Source: Callorhinchus milii
Taxonomy: Eukaryota
Assembly (NCBI RefSeq): GCF_018977255.1
Contig: NW_024704743.1
Location: 110,796,001 to 110,860,000, forward strand
Length of the DNA stretch: 64,000 nt
Direction: 5' to 3'
In this document: positions 36,540 through 50,125 of the stretch, one piece after another
How the letters are laid out: each line of letters begins with the position of its first letter
Numbering within the stretch: the stretch's first letter is position 1
Position numbers and translations under genes: made by a program
The notes under the pieces: model-generated
The model's input: the letters and a program-made list of their open reading frames with translations, nothing else
What the model was told of the DNA's origin: nothing
Database searches by the model: none

Positions 36540-37025
36540 TTATGAGCAGCAGTTAGACATCCTAGTCTTCAGTCTTGAAAGGAAATGCCTCAGAGGTCAC
36601 CTCATAAAATCTTACAGCACAGAAGGAGGCCATTCGGCCCATCATGCCTGTGTTGGCTCTTTGAAAGAGCTACCAATTACTTACACTCCCCCACTCTTTC
36701 CCCGTAGCCTTACAATTGCTGAAGGGGTATAAGATTTTAAATGGGATTGCAAAAATAAACCCAGAACAATATTTCCAGATGCACTGAGACAGTAAAACAA
36801 GAAGACTAGGTTCAGAGTTGCAAAGGACAATTTCAGGAAGACACCAGGAAATATTTTTTTACCCAGAAGTTAACGATTTAACAGATTGTCAGGAAAAGTT
36901 CATAGAGATCAGGATGCTGGGACTCAATGAAAAAACAGTTTGATCCTGTAATGGGAAGCTGGTAGGGTGGGTGTTCTGGAGGGTGAAATCAGATGAGCCG
37001 AACCAATCCAAACCAATCTTGTGAT
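36540..37025 (+). mobile_element. Old CR1 3' fragment with a nested opposite-strand CR1 3'-end piece (~36603-36715)
   Basis: FSLERKCLRGHLI, then acagcacagaaggaggccattcggcccatc (CR1 3' UTR on the - strand), then sequence similar to 20935-21230. Confidence 0.6.
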
Positions 37026-38087
37026 TTTTAGTTAAAGGAATATTTGTAATCTTTATAAATAGTAAAGCAATTAAACTACATATCTGGGTGGTGTTGGCAT
37101 GGGAGGAGATTTGACTTGACCGTAAAATTGCTTTGTTTCTGTTAGACTGGAGCTATAACAATCTGGCTGAAAAGTGAGAACAACAAATATAATTTGAAGA
37201 CACAAGGTACCTGCAAATATTATTAGGTGATTCCCTGGTGCTGACAGGCACACACTGCAGAAAAACATCTTTGTTACACTGTACAGTACAGTGGGCACCA
37301 CAGCCTCAAAAGTGTTTGAAGAAACAGTGAACTGTGCAAAAATGTTATTGATAATTTTTTGTATAAGTGTTTTCAAAGCTAATGGGTTTGATTTTGTACC
37401 AAAGGACATTGAAAATTCTTTGCCAATATGTTAACCGACTTTATTCGCCAGAAAGATGAAGCATTAAACAAGAACCTCAGGATTACTATTTCCACAGGTT
37501 TGATATTATGGCAGAGAATGTTGGAAAGAAATGTTTTCAAGCCATACTCAATGTCCTTATGTTTGGAATAATAAGACTTATCTCAGGGGAACAGAATCGG
37601 CATCGCTGTCTGTTACTTGGGGAGATTTGAACACATGCAACTGTGCACTATATTTTGCAGTGAATAGTCCCATTCACAAACTGAAATCTATAAAGTGATG
37701 GTTTGTGACTGACCTTTGTGGTTTCAGTTTGCACCTGGTACAAGCCAAAGGTGGAATTAGGAAAGTGTGTTTGTAGCACGTGCAGAGACCCCTTTTGATG
37801 AGAAGGTCGACTGAATGTAAAAACAACTAAAAGCTATGCATTTTGTAATTTTGTCTGTGACACTGCAGTCTTGATTATACAAACAGTGAGTGCAACATTC
37901 CTCTGTACAAATCTGCCTGATTACACTTTGCCAAACATATTTGTAACTATGATATCTGCTTAAGGTGCAAACTTTTATCAGTTTTTTACAATGTTGTCGA
38001 TTTCAGGAAATGAATGGCAAAGAAGAGCGTCATTGCAAAACAATGTGCTGTTTATGACCAGTCAGTCAGTGTGGCTGGACTCACTTC

Positions 38088-38093
38088 AATAAA
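38088..38093 (+). promoter_or_regulatory. Candidate polyadenylation signal AATAAA
   Basis: Canonical hexamer preceded by TGTA-containing T-rich sequence, at the edge of the SINE-free zone. Confidence 0.35.
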
Positions 38094-39703
38094 CGGAACT
38101 TATAGCCTCAACGTATTTGGCTGCGCATTCTGAGCTGGCAGTTTACAGACACATCCTGAAGAAAAGGTGAAACGTGTTCCATGGGATTCAGAGTCTGTCT
38201 GTCTATTGTTATATAAATCGCCCACAAAATATGCAGCCAATTCACTTTACAGTACATTCTGTGAAGCACTTTGAGATGTCTCTAGGATGTGATAAGGCAC
38301 TATATCAAACGCAAGGATTATTATTATTATAAATCAGGCACCAGTGAGATGATTTGCAAATGTTTTCAACCACTGACCCCATGCTGAAAAATAATCGATT
38401 GGTACAAACTTCTAACACTTGTTGAAGGGTCCTCAAGACTTGTTCTTTCCAAACAACAGATATCTTCCTTGATACATATTAGAGTTAGAAGCTACTGATG
38501 TAAGAACTCTGCTAATTTACAGTGATAATAAAAGTTTCAGAGATAAACTGACTACAGCTCATTTCAGCTGTTCTCAGACATTCATCTTTCTTTTTAGTTG
38601 GTTGTTTTCTATCTGAATTAACATTCATCTTCCTTTTTATTGTATTCTACCAATATGCAGTGTTATATATACAGCAGTCTAAAGCATCTCGTAGAACCAT
38701 AGAAATTTACACCACAGGAGAGGGCCATTCAGCCCATCGTGTCTGTGCTGGATCTCTGAAATAGCAATTATTTCAGTCCCATTTATTTGCCTTTCCCCCA
38801 ATACCCGTGTAGCTTACATGTGCATCCTATACTTTCTTAATTTTGCATCTCTGAATTCTTTCATCTGCTGTTAATGCAGTACAGACTGCCCTCTCACCCT
38901 TCTACAGTAGTTACCTAATATGATGCCAGATAACCTTTAACAGCCAAAATTTGTTTATTGCTTCAAAAACAAAAAAAGTTTTATTTTAGAAATTTGATGG
39001 TCGCACAGGGTTAGGCACCTTTGTGTAGAGCCACCATTTGTGAATAGATTGGCACAAAAACAAGAAATCACAGGGAACTGGATTAATCATTGTAACATAT
39101 CCTCCAGACTACTTTAAAATGCAGTGTTTAGCAAAAGCCATGAACTGAGCAGACTAAATAAACAATGTAGTATAATGGACCCATTTACTTTAAAATATAT
39201 TCTGCAAAGCGCTTTAAGACGTCTGAATGATGTGATAAGGCGCTATATCAAATGCAAGGATTATTATAATTTTTCTCCTTGAAAAATTCTAGAAGTGATA
39301 TTTGAGATGTGCGTGGTACTGAGTGAATCTTCCAGCCTCTAGAGCATGAGTTTCCCACTTTGCAAAAATAGGTATAAACACAAGGGTGGTGCCAAAATCA
39401 GAGGAAAAAAATCTGATATGACTTGTTGTCTGTATTTTACCTATCGTAGACCATCCAAATAAGCAAATGCTGAAGGAGACAATCTGGACACTTAGAATCT
39501 ACAAAGCTCTTCAGAGATGATTGATTTTCTGCCACAGTGAAAGCCATGGTGCTGTGGACAATATGTTAACAGCCCATTAGAACTTTACTTACTACACCAT
39601 CTTAATTGGTGGCCTGTCCACTTCTTAGGAGCATGGATTGCAATCCTATATCCCCATTAATGAGAGATGAAAGTATGCCACGGTTTATTTTATAATCATA
39701 TAT

Positions 39704-39832
39704 CAATAATAAACCTTGCATTTGATATAGCGCTTTATCACGTCTTCGAGACGTCTCAAAGCGCTTCACAGAACATACTGTAAAGTGAATTGTATTTTGT
39801 GGGTGAAACGCAGCAGCCAATTGCACACAACA
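39704..39832 (-). mobile_element. SINE 3' fragment
   Basis: Reverse-complement tail with an intact stem-loop at 39730-39764. Confidence 0.85.
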
Positions 39833-42384
39833 GTAGCAGCAGCATTTTGTCACAAAGTAATTTTAGCCTTACTGTTGTGGGCATTGCTGCTAAGAGGTAT
39901 TGTAAAGCCAAAGTCAACCTGTAATATAAATTGTAGAAGAATGAAATACAGTATCATATTGATTAAGAAGCCTTTTAATAATGGAAGAGGCCGTTCAATC
40001 CAATGAATCGTTTATTCTGTACTGCTGGTACCCATGAACCACTGGGACACATTTCATCTCCCTCCTGCCTTAGGGCCAAACCTAAATCACTCACGTCTTG
40101 CTTGTACAATGAACTGAATACTGTTGTTTACCCTTGATATCAGTGGAGTGATTCCCTTTTTTTCGTAAGTAATTTTTTGGATAGGGTTGGAAGGGGAGAA
40201 GAAAATAGACCGTTGTCAAAACAAAACTATTCACTGTGACTGAGAAACCCCACCATGATGAGAATTAAAAGTACAGTCCAAAATATAACTTGTGTGCAGT
40301 GTGCCATGTATTGACATTATCAGGAAAACTGTACCGTTAAAGAGAAAGCACAACTGGTGGAAGTTTCGCCTGAACAATGGCACTCTGAGAGTAAACAGCA
40401 CTTCCTGTTTTTCACAGATTTTACTTTGAAATTAACAATGTTCTACGTAACGATTCTTGTTAACTGTTAAACGATGGAGGGAAATTTTTCTACTGCTTAT
40501 TATGAACTGTATATACTGTAGGATATTGTTTGATGTCGTACTCTTCTATGGTCTAAACCATGATTAGCTCCGAGGTCACAGACGGCAGCGTTTTGCGATA
40601 ACTGGATTATGTCACGCTGACAATCTAGTCACGAACAGTCCATGTGGTGTACTTACAGTTACCAAAAGGAGTCGTCATCGATGATTCCAGTAACAAATCT
40701 TTCAATATAGACCCAATGTTAGTTTCCACAGTCAGCAGTGGAAACAAACTGACCTGGCATTCTTGCAGGTGGAAAATGAAATCATTTCGATTTCAAATTG
40801 TTTTTGATCTGCCATCCTTCTATCTCAGGCACTGTTTCTGGAGGTGTAAGCTGTCAGGGCATTTCTTCATCTGCTTTGTGCATTTTAACACTCTTACGAG
40901 CTAAGCAGACCACAGCAAGTAACAAACCTCTAGATACAGTGCAGGTGAAATAAGCCCCAGATAACTGAAAGTTACCTGGAAAATTAATGACAAGTCAGGC
41001 TCTGGATTTTCTGACTAATTTAAATATTTCAACCTTTTTTTTAAAATGTGATTTCTGCCAAATAACGTTATTCATTTAATCTGATTCCTGGAATTTGTTT
41101 AGTGGATTCTTTACATTTGCTATCCTTTGATTGTTCCCTTCAGCACCACTTACCTATGTTCTCTGGCACATGCATTAGGCAGGATTTATAACAGTACAGC
41201 TCATTAGTTTCAAGGAGCCTAACAAGTACAGTGCTGAGGGAAGAACACAGTTTAACACTTTGGTTAAACAAAAGTATGACCTGATTGTAAATATGTACAA
41301 GTAATAAAAAAAATTCTTCATATGCATCTAAGGTCACATGTATCTCTTATTTACAAAGAATGTCCAGCTCAGAAACAGGCCAATCAGCCCAACCAGTTCA
41401 TGCTGATGTTTAGACTCCACATGAGTCTAAATAAGTTTTTGATATACAAAGTTTGTGTATTATTCGTTGTACCTCTTTGATATACACTGGTAATCTTAAA
41501 GGGTCTTCTGCCTTCATTAGTTGATAAACTACTGCAATTGGCAACCTTTTTCTGCATATCATAAATAATAATTATAGTGTTGTTAATATTTAAAATAATG
41601 TATCATCCCATCATTTCCACATAATACCTATAGTAAAAACTAACAATAAAGGTATTAAAGGTTGGCCTCTTCCAGACCATCAACAGTGGCTGAGCCTTCA
41701 GCCACAGCCACTACACTTTTTTATAAGGGATACTGTTACAGAAACGGCATCAAGCATGCATTTTTGTGGTTCTAGTCCATTATATTTTGGTCTGACACAC
41801 ACAGAAACCTATCATCTTGTTTGAGAGTCTCCAAATCACAACTACTCAGAGTTCCACATGTGTATGGTTTCCATTTGCTTGGTATGGAGTGGGCACTCTC
41901 CACAGAGGAATACATTCATCTTACCTCATCCTGGACCAGGGTTTAGAAAGCAGATTCTTACCAGGTGGTCTTCAGCTGCTCAGTGAACAGCTCTCCTCTG
42001 CCCTCTTAGGAATAGAGAGGGGGATTTTGTCACAGGAACTCACTGTAAAGATGGCACAATAGGTAGTTATAACAAGGCTTAGAAATCATCCTGAAGTGAA
42101 GTAAAGCAATCACTGTAAATAGCTACAGCAATTGTTATTGAAGAGGAAAAGAAAATATGCATAAAATGAAGTCTGCCTGTTTTGCTGGAGTTGATTACGC
42201 AGAATGCAGTCCCCTCTGGTACCTGGCAACGTAGGTTTAACATACAACAATTTATCCTCTCCAAGTCTCTTAAGTGGAGGTGCCAAATTAGAGCCGTTTT
42301 AATTCTTCACGCCTGTCTCCACAGTTATTCCTGGCTTCTGATAACCAAAACAATCTCATTCAGAGATTCACTGATTCACTAATT

Positions 42385-42700
42385 GTGAAGTCCTGTAGCT
42401 CAGTGGTTAGAGCACTTGCCTCGCAAGCGAGAGACCTGAGTTCGATTCCCAGCAGGACGAAACCTTGGTAAAGTTTCCTTACTCCACACGCCTGATAATA
42501 ATCCTTCAAGAAAAAAAACAATAATAAATTGTTCACTTCAATCCACGACTGTTTGTGGGACACTGCTGTGTGCAATTGGTTGCCACATTTCGCCCACAAC
42601 TATACAGTGAATTCACTTTTCAATATATTCTGTGATGTGCTTTGAGACATCTAGAAGACGTGAAAAGTACTATATCAAATGCAAGGATTAATTAAAATTA
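42385..42700 (+). mobile_element. Full-length tRNA-headed SINE (short-body subfamily)
   Basis: A and B boxes, body and tail; possible short TSD taatt. Confidence 0.88.
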
Positions 42701-43058
42701 ATTAATTCAGAGCTGGAGCTTGGTATGAATCACAGGCAGATTTCTCGGTTCGTATCACATCCATCATTTGCATGAGGTATATGTCTGGCTGCTTTATTGA
42801 GCTCAGACCCTGTATCTACCACCACAATTGTAAATGAGCAGGCATGAAAACTAGCATCACAACTGCATCACATGCACATAGGAAATTGTATTGAAAATTT
42901 AGTCCAATATCTTTAAAGACTACAGCTCTAACACTTACTCCCAACATTATTAAAGAATCAGGCTGGTGCTTCACTCTAGTTGGTAAGTCGAATGACTGGA
43001 GTGCAACTGAGCTTACATACCCAGAGCCATACACCCCCAGGTTCAATCCCCGGTATGT

Positions 43059-43362
43059 ACAACAAGAACAACAACAACAAGATTTCATTTATAAAGCGCC
43101 TTTCACGTCAGGAGGACGTCCCAAGGCGCTGCACAGTTGGGTCATGACCCGAGCAGGGGGGAAATGGTCAGGGTGAGGGAAGGGAGGGAGCAAGGAGGGG
43201 GGAAATGGTCAGGGTGAGGGGAGGGAAGGGAGGGAGCGAGGAGGGGAAGAGAGTCGAGAGGGGAGCTGAAGGCACGGTCAAAGAGAAAGGTTTTGAGACC
43301 GGCCTTGAAGGAGGAAAGGGAGGAAGCAAGGCGAAGGCACTGGGGGATGGAGTTCCAGAGCC
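43059..43362 (-). mobile_element. L2 LINE 3' end with an internal ~40-bp tandem duplication
   Basis: (AAC)n tail, stem-loop at 43096-43129, ggaaatggtcagggtgaggg..agggagggagc repeated twice, then the ORF2-end motif ggccttgaaggagg...gagttccagag. Confidence 0.85.
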
Positions 43363-44514
43363 TGGTACAGAGGGTGTCTGGTGATTACTGGTACAGTAAG
43401 CCCAGACAGTAACATCCTTCAGAAGTCATGGGGAAGATAAGTAGCAGTACCTCACCTCACACTCGGGGTCCCCAAACCTTGACTTTGTCCAACCTGTGCC
43501 TAATGCCCTCAAGATTTAGGCAAGCAGGGTGCGTCCTTCTAGGGCGAGAATGAGCAGACACAGAAATGTCCATATGTAGCTGACATGCTTGAAACTCCTT
43601 CTGATTTGATGAGTTTCCACATGTGTCCAAAGAAAAGGAACAAAGGGAGACAATTAGAAGCAGAAAACAAAAGTATCGGTATGGGAGAATTAGGAAACTT
43701 CAGGAGATAAATAGGTGACCAGCCAATGTTTGTCAATGAGCTGTTACTATAATACCATCCACATTAAGATAACAATGACAAAATCAAGCCCTTCACTTTT
43801 ATACTTTAGCATGGCCACAAATGCATGGCATTGCTAAGAAAAAACAGAGGAAAGCTGGAGTAGCCAAGGTGGATCTTACTGTGCACAGAAGAGGACAAGC
43901 ATATTTGGCACCAGTGTCAATTCCCTCACCTCCCCTCACACACATTCACACGCTCTCCCCAGGGCCCATCCTCTCCATGCACATTGGAAGATGCATGCAA
44001 TAAAATTACTCAGTAGTTTAACATAGAGTCAAAAAGAACTTAAGACAAATGTCAGAATGAGGTAAAAAAAAGCTAAGAAAGCAATGGGTAAGCTCACACT
44101 GCCACAGAAAGAACTATTCACCCTCAAAGTGGGACAGTTGCCAGAAGAGACTGTGTTCTTTTCTGTTTGACGTGTGGAGGGAACTCAAAACCATGGCATG
44201 GGAGAAACCTTTACTGTAACTGCTAATTGACTCTTTGAGTTTGTTTTTAACTGAACAATTCACCGAACTTGGTTACCTAATTCATAGCATGTAAACAACA
44301 ACAACTTGCATTTATATAGTGCCCTTCACATGGGACAGGGTCTTGGAGTGCTTAAAATGCAATGTCCAAGATGAAATTAGTTTCAAAATATATTTAATAC
44401 TATACGTACAAGAATTTTGGTGCTTTGTACAGACGTTTCATACAAAAATTTTAATTCTCCGCTAATATGTCCTTATGCTAGTTTCCAGTGTCTGTTTAAA
44501 AAAAAACTCCCTGG

Positions 44515-44830
44515 ATTTGACATAGCACCTTATCAGGTTGTCAAATCATCCGAAAGAACTTTACAGGATTTTATTTGCATAGTGTAGTTACTGTGTATTT
44601 GTAGATGAACATGGCAGCCAATTTGTACATTGCAACATCCCACAAGCAGCCATGAAGTGAGTGATCAATTTTATCTGTGGAGTTGTTGGCCAGGACACTG
44701 GGGGAAACTTTTCAAATCATGCTATGGGATCTTTCTCATCCACCTGAACAGATAGACGGGACCTCATTTTAACGTCTCATCCGAAGGACAGAACCTATAA
44801 CAATGCAGGGCTCCCCCAACATTGCCTCCC
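44515..44830 (-). mobile_element. Old DeuSINE-like element
   Basis: atgggatctttctcatccacctgaacag...aacgtctcatccgaaggacag. Confidence 0.7.
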
Positions 44831-44988
44831 AGCATTGTGTTTACACATCCTGAGAATCCCCCACTAACACCATGATCACTGCAAACACAATCCACAGTAT
44901 AATTGTCACAAAAGGCAAAGTTACCAATTTAATAATATAAATATAATAATTCTAATCACTGTCAGGTCAAAAGGTTTCACCAATAATT

Positions 44989-45359
44989 AATAATAATAAT
45001 CCTTGCATTTGATATATCACCTGATCACGTCTTTGAAACATCTCAAAGCGCTTCACAGAATATACTGTAAAGTGAATTGAATATATATTTTGTGGGCGAA
45101 ACGCGGCAGCCAATTGCGCACAGCAGTGTCCCACAAACAGTCATGGATTGAAATGACCAATTTATTATTTGTTTTTGAGGAATTATTATCCCCGGAAAAA
45201 CGATCCGCCAATTGACTAAGAACCGCGTTTCTACTTACTGCTAGGTAAACAGGCATGTAGAGTAAGGAGACTTGCCCAACATTTCACCCTGGTGGGAATC
45301 AAACCCAGGTCTCTCACTTGCAAGGCGAGTGTTCTAACCACTGAGCTACAGGACTCCAC
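44989..45359 (-). mobile_element. Full-length tRNA-headed SINE (long-body subfamily)
   Basis: Complete reverse complement from gtggagtcctgtagctcagtgg to the (ATT)n tail. Confidence 0.9.
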
Positions 45360-45751
45360 GATGTCAAGCGTATTCACTGCACTCCCCGAAACTGCACTGT
45401 GACATCAATCCAGATTCAATTCCTCAATCCTAAACAGGAATCCATAATACAGATTGCAACGGGATTGTGTTAGAAAAGATAATTTCTATATTACCTGGTA
45501 GTCAGGACTGTAATTTAAGATAGTGGATCACTTCATAAAGGTGAATGTAGTTACAGCTTTCAATGATTTGGCATTTCACTCACTTTATTAGATTTGTATT
45601 GAACGGCACATCGGGATTGAGTGCTGATTATCTGCCTTGGTTTGCGTCACCTTTAGTAATTGCTTTGACTTCTGATTCAGACAACATGCGAAGTTCCAGT
45701 ATAGCATTTTATAAAGATAAGGTGCAGAATGCAGAGTAAACGTGCACTTTA

Positions 45752-46098
45752 ATAATAATCTTTGCATTTGATACAGCTCCTTATCCCATCGTTGAGACAT
45801 CTCAAGGTATTTCACAGAATATACTGGAAAGTGAATTGACTGTATATTTTGTAGGCGAAATGCATTAGCCAAGTGCCCTACAAACAGCTGTGGATTGAGT
45901 GACCAAATTATTATTATTATTTATTCCTTTTTTTGAATGGATTATTATCAACTAACAACCATGTTCCTACTTACTGCTAGGTAAACAGAGGCATTTGTGG
46001 AGTTAGGAAACTTGCCTAACGTTTCACCCTGACCCGACTGGGAATCGAACCCGGGTCCTCTCGCTTGCGAGGCGAATGCGCTAATCAATATGCTACAT
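45752..46098 (-). mobile_element. tRNA-headed SINE
   Basis: Reverse-complement head, body and tail. Confidence 0.85.
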
Positions 46099-46839
46099 GG
46101 TAAGATACAGCTTTCAGCAGTAACTCTACAATGACCTGACCCCCATCAAGATAAATAAAACCATCCATTTCGTTAAAGTCCAGCTGAGGCACACAATAAC
46201 ATTTCTCTTCTGATATCCAATAATTAGGCAGCAAGTGAATTGGTCATCTAACTTCTTGCTAATAACTTACAACTTAAGTATTAAGCATCAACTGTGGGTG
46301 GCAGTAGAGACCATATTTACAATATACATTCATCATTGGTTCCAACAAAACAAGATAATTTCTTCCATAGGACAGTGTAAACCTGATAGGAGTAACCCAG
46401 TTTTGTTTAAGAAATGGCTAGACCTGTGTTGATATGTTCAGTTCTCAATAGGGATTAATCTGTGTTTTAAACAAAGCAATGCCAGTCACTCCTGATCAGA
46501 CAAGGTGATAATATCTTCCAACACACTCTGTGATGAGAGTGAATGATCCAGCATCTCAATAAGAAATGATTTGTATAAAGAGATAAATAATAATCTGTAA
46601 CTTTGGTATAGCACCTGCCCTGTCAGGAGGACCCCTCAAAGCACTTTACAGGATATACTCTAATGTGTAGTGTATGTGTATTTTGATCACAATCGCAGCA
46701 GCCAATTTACACAGCCATGAAGTGAATGGCCAAATTTATTTGCGGGACACTGGGAAAAATTCCCTTCNTTTTTTGAATAGATGGTTGGATCATCAACATC
46801 TACCTGGACAGGCAGATGGGACCTTAATAAAACATATTA

Positions 46840-47030
46840 AAACAATAATAAATTGGTCATTTTCAATCTACGACTGTTTGTGGGACATTGCTGTGTGCAA
46901 TTGGCTGCCGCGTTCGCCCACAAATATACAGTCAATTCACTTTACAGTGTGTTCTGTGAAGCGCTTTGGGACGTCCTCCCGACGTGAAAAGCGCTATATC
47001 AAATGCAAGGATTATTATTATTATTATTAT
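46840..47030 (+). mobile_element. Young 5'-truncated SINE abutting an old minus-strand SINE (~46588-46830)
   Basis: Nearly identical to 10562-10740; long (ATT)n tail. Confidence 0.9.
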
Positions 47031-47269
47031 AAATCTACTCTGTATTTTTTCCATTGCTGCTGCATCCTTCCTAGTGTGGAGACCAAAATTGGACACAATA
47101 TGTTGTGCTGCACTTTGTCTCAGAAGGTAATAAATGATTTGGTAACTTAATCCGTTGCACATATAAAAAGACATCTAATCTTATCAACTTTGACATGAAA
47201 TCATCTCAGGTTAGAGGTGAACACGCATTCATATACATGTACCTAGCAGACCTGGCTGATTATGTAATC

Positions 47270-47480
47270 ATAATAATAATAACCCTTGTATTTGATATAG
47301 TGCTTTTCACGTCTTCGAGATGTCTCAAAGCACTTCACAGAATATACTGTAAAGTGAATTGACTGTCTATTTTGTGGGCGAAACAGCAGCCAATTGCACA
47401 CAGCAGTGTCCCTCAAACAGTCGTGGATTGAGTGACCAAATTATTATTGTTGTTTTTTTTCTTGAGGGATTATTAGCAGG
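47270..47480 (-). mobile_element. SINE 3' half
   Basis: Reverse-complement tail and body. Confidence 0.85.
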
Positions 47481-48404
47481 TGTTAATGTACAGAATTATG
47501 GATAGTAAAGAGTGCACCAAGGCTGCAATTAAATCAGGAGTTTTAAAATATGCCATAAACCACACAGTAAAGCCTAAGAGATTTATTGACATCATGATCC
47601 TAACTCCAGCATTAAATTACAGACATACACTTATTTCTTCCATATATAGATTTTTTAAAATAATGAACTCTGATCTTAATAAATTGAAAACTGTGTTAAT
47701 GACAGTTAAAAGTAAAGCTGAGCACTAAGAAAGATTGTTATATTATTAATGCAGAATGTACTGATATGTAATTTACAAGTGGGTATAAGGGAATTATGAT
47801 AGCTCCTGGAATCAAAATTCATCATTATTCTACTTTAAAACTGCATAATTCCCTTATGAACATGCTTGTTTTTTCTCGCGGCCCTTGGCCCTTCTCTCTA
47901 AATCTAATCTGCCTCCAACCTCTATGTCTCTTTCTCTCTTTGATTACCTCTCACGGGTCCTTATCTCTTGCTCTATCTTTGACCTCCACCTTTTCCGCTG
48001 TCTCCAATGTTTTTCCCATTTGTTCTGTGCTGACAGTGGCTGTCTGTGCACATTTCCAATGTTCTGTAACCAGGAGTCCTCTCTGCCTGTCCTGGCACCA
48101 TCTACACCGACTCACAGCCTTAATTCTAACCTTCATTAGTTTCTCAAAACCATACCTTCTTTTGCTGATTACATGGAAGATAATAAGTGCCTCAGTGAAT
48201 TACATGGCAGTATTCCAATCAAAAAAAATGTATGTAGCACGTGAATTAGATCAAAGGACTCTAAGGCCTTCATATTTCCATAGGAACATACCGAACCTGT
48301 CGAGACCAATTTACTTTCTGCCATCTGTCTGGCTATAAGTAAAATAAATCCTCCACTGCAGTAAGCAAGGTACAGTTCACTATATTAGAGAGGATGTCAT
48401 CCTG

Positions 48405-48780
48405 GTTCAGCTGGTAAAGCTCTCAGCAGATTGTGGGTTCAATTCTGCTATCGAGTTTCCAGTCCCGTCTAACGCTCCTGTGCAGTGCTGCGGTGGAGGC
48501 TGCTGCCTTATTGGAGGTGCCGTCTTTCAGCTGAAACGTTAAACCGAGGTCCCATCATCTTGTTCAGATGGACATTAAAGAGCCCATGACTCTTTTGAAA
48601 AAGAGAAGGGAGCTTCTCCTGGTAACCTGGCCAAAAATTTTCCAGTTACATTGGATCATTCATCTCCTGGCTCTTTGTAGAACATTGCCTTGCAAATTGG
48701 CTGCCACGTTTGCCCTCAAATGCACTGCATTTAACATGTGTCAATGTTTCAAAGTGATAAAGCAATATGTCAAATACAAA
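48405..48780 (+). mobile_element. Old DeuSINE-like element
   Basis: ttggaggtgccgtctttc...acgttaaaccgaggtccc...tgttcagatggacattaaagagcccatga. Confidence 0.7.
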
Positions 48781-49664
48781 CCTCCTTGGTGGAGGGGTGT
48801 AAGCAGGAATTGAACTGCTTCCAAGGTGACAGGTTTGGCAACAGAATGCCACAATCAAGTTACCTCTCTGTGGCGGTTTCGATAGTCCAGTTCCTGAGCC
48901 AGGCAGGTTCGCAGTACTCCAGGGCATCACAGATGACAACCCAGTTAGGATGGCTCATCAGTAAGACTTAGAGGGGCAGACTAATCCTGCAAGACAAAGC
49001 CCTAAAGTATAGGGTGGTCCTAGCTTAAAAAGCAGCAGAAGAGCTTGCCAGACAGTGCTTTTAATGGCAAACTGTGATTTTGTAAGGTTAAACTCCAGGA
49101 GTTAGTTTGACCTATGAGAGATTAGAGAAACTGGGCCTATTTTAAATGTAACACAGGGGAGACTTAATCAAGGTCATTAAAATTCTGAGGGTTCATAGCG
49201 TGGAAAGGGAGAAATTAGGTACACTGATCAGTGAGTCAATGACTTGAAGGGTTAATTTTAGATCATGAAATAGGAGGACTATTTTATGTTAGGATGTGGA
49301 ATGTCCTCCTGTGTGCAACGGTTGAGGCAGGGCACGATGGGACAAATGGCCTTTTTTTATGCTGTAAGTTTCAATGGTTCTAAAATACATTGACTCTGAA
49401 TTCAGCGAAGTGCAGAAATATCAAATGCTTCATGATATTTTTAAAAGTACATTGTATGATTTCAGAGTTCTTCACATCCTCTATTGTGTTAAGGCTTCAG
49501 CTATTGCCTGGTCTGTAAGCTGGTGAAGGATAGTAGTAAACTAAGGATTACAGGCGATTTATTGCACAGTGGAAATGTCAGCAATCCATTAGAAGCTAGA
49601 CCAAAATAACAGTGTCATTGCTCTGTGGGATCCTCCTCTCTAAGGACAAACTTTTTAGAATCCA

Positions 49665-50125
49665 AACTGACTGACTCACTCATTCATTCACACACTAATT
49701 AACTCACTCATTCATCCAAACGCTAACTCACGTTCATGATCACACTCAATGATACAAACAATAGCTCATTTACACAATCACTCATGCATGCAATCATTCA
49801 TGCATATTCATGCACATACTCATGAATGTATACACTCTTATGCACTCTCAGTCACATGCACTCATTCATGCAGATAATCACGCACATACTCACACAAACG
49901 CACATTCAGGCATTTCATCACTCACAGGCACTCACTCAAATACTCCTGCACACAGCTCACTCACTCGTTCACTGAGGCAGAAATGCACCCATACAGATTC
50001 ACTCATTCATGTATTTACTCACACTAATGCATACATTCATATACTCACTCAAGGGTGCACAAATTCACTTATGCATGAAATAACTCATACGCTCAGTCAC
50101 ACATTCATAAATGTATTCACACATT
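49665..50125 (+). repeat. Degenerate (CACT/CATT/CA)-rich low-complexity tract
   Basis: Repeated cactcattcat/cacact variants; produces the His/Thr-rich spurious ORF 49810-50229. Confidence 0.75.

Larger units (their letters stand above)
32504..38110 (+). other. Putative long 3' UTR of the ZNF704-like gene
   Basis: Directly follows the stop codon. AT/TG-rich with no recognisable SINE until ~38218; AATAAA at 38088-38093. The 3' end is inferred. Confidence 0.4.

Noticed and set aside
46768..46768. Single N base
   Set aside because: Assembly ambiguity inside an old SINE; no biological meaning.
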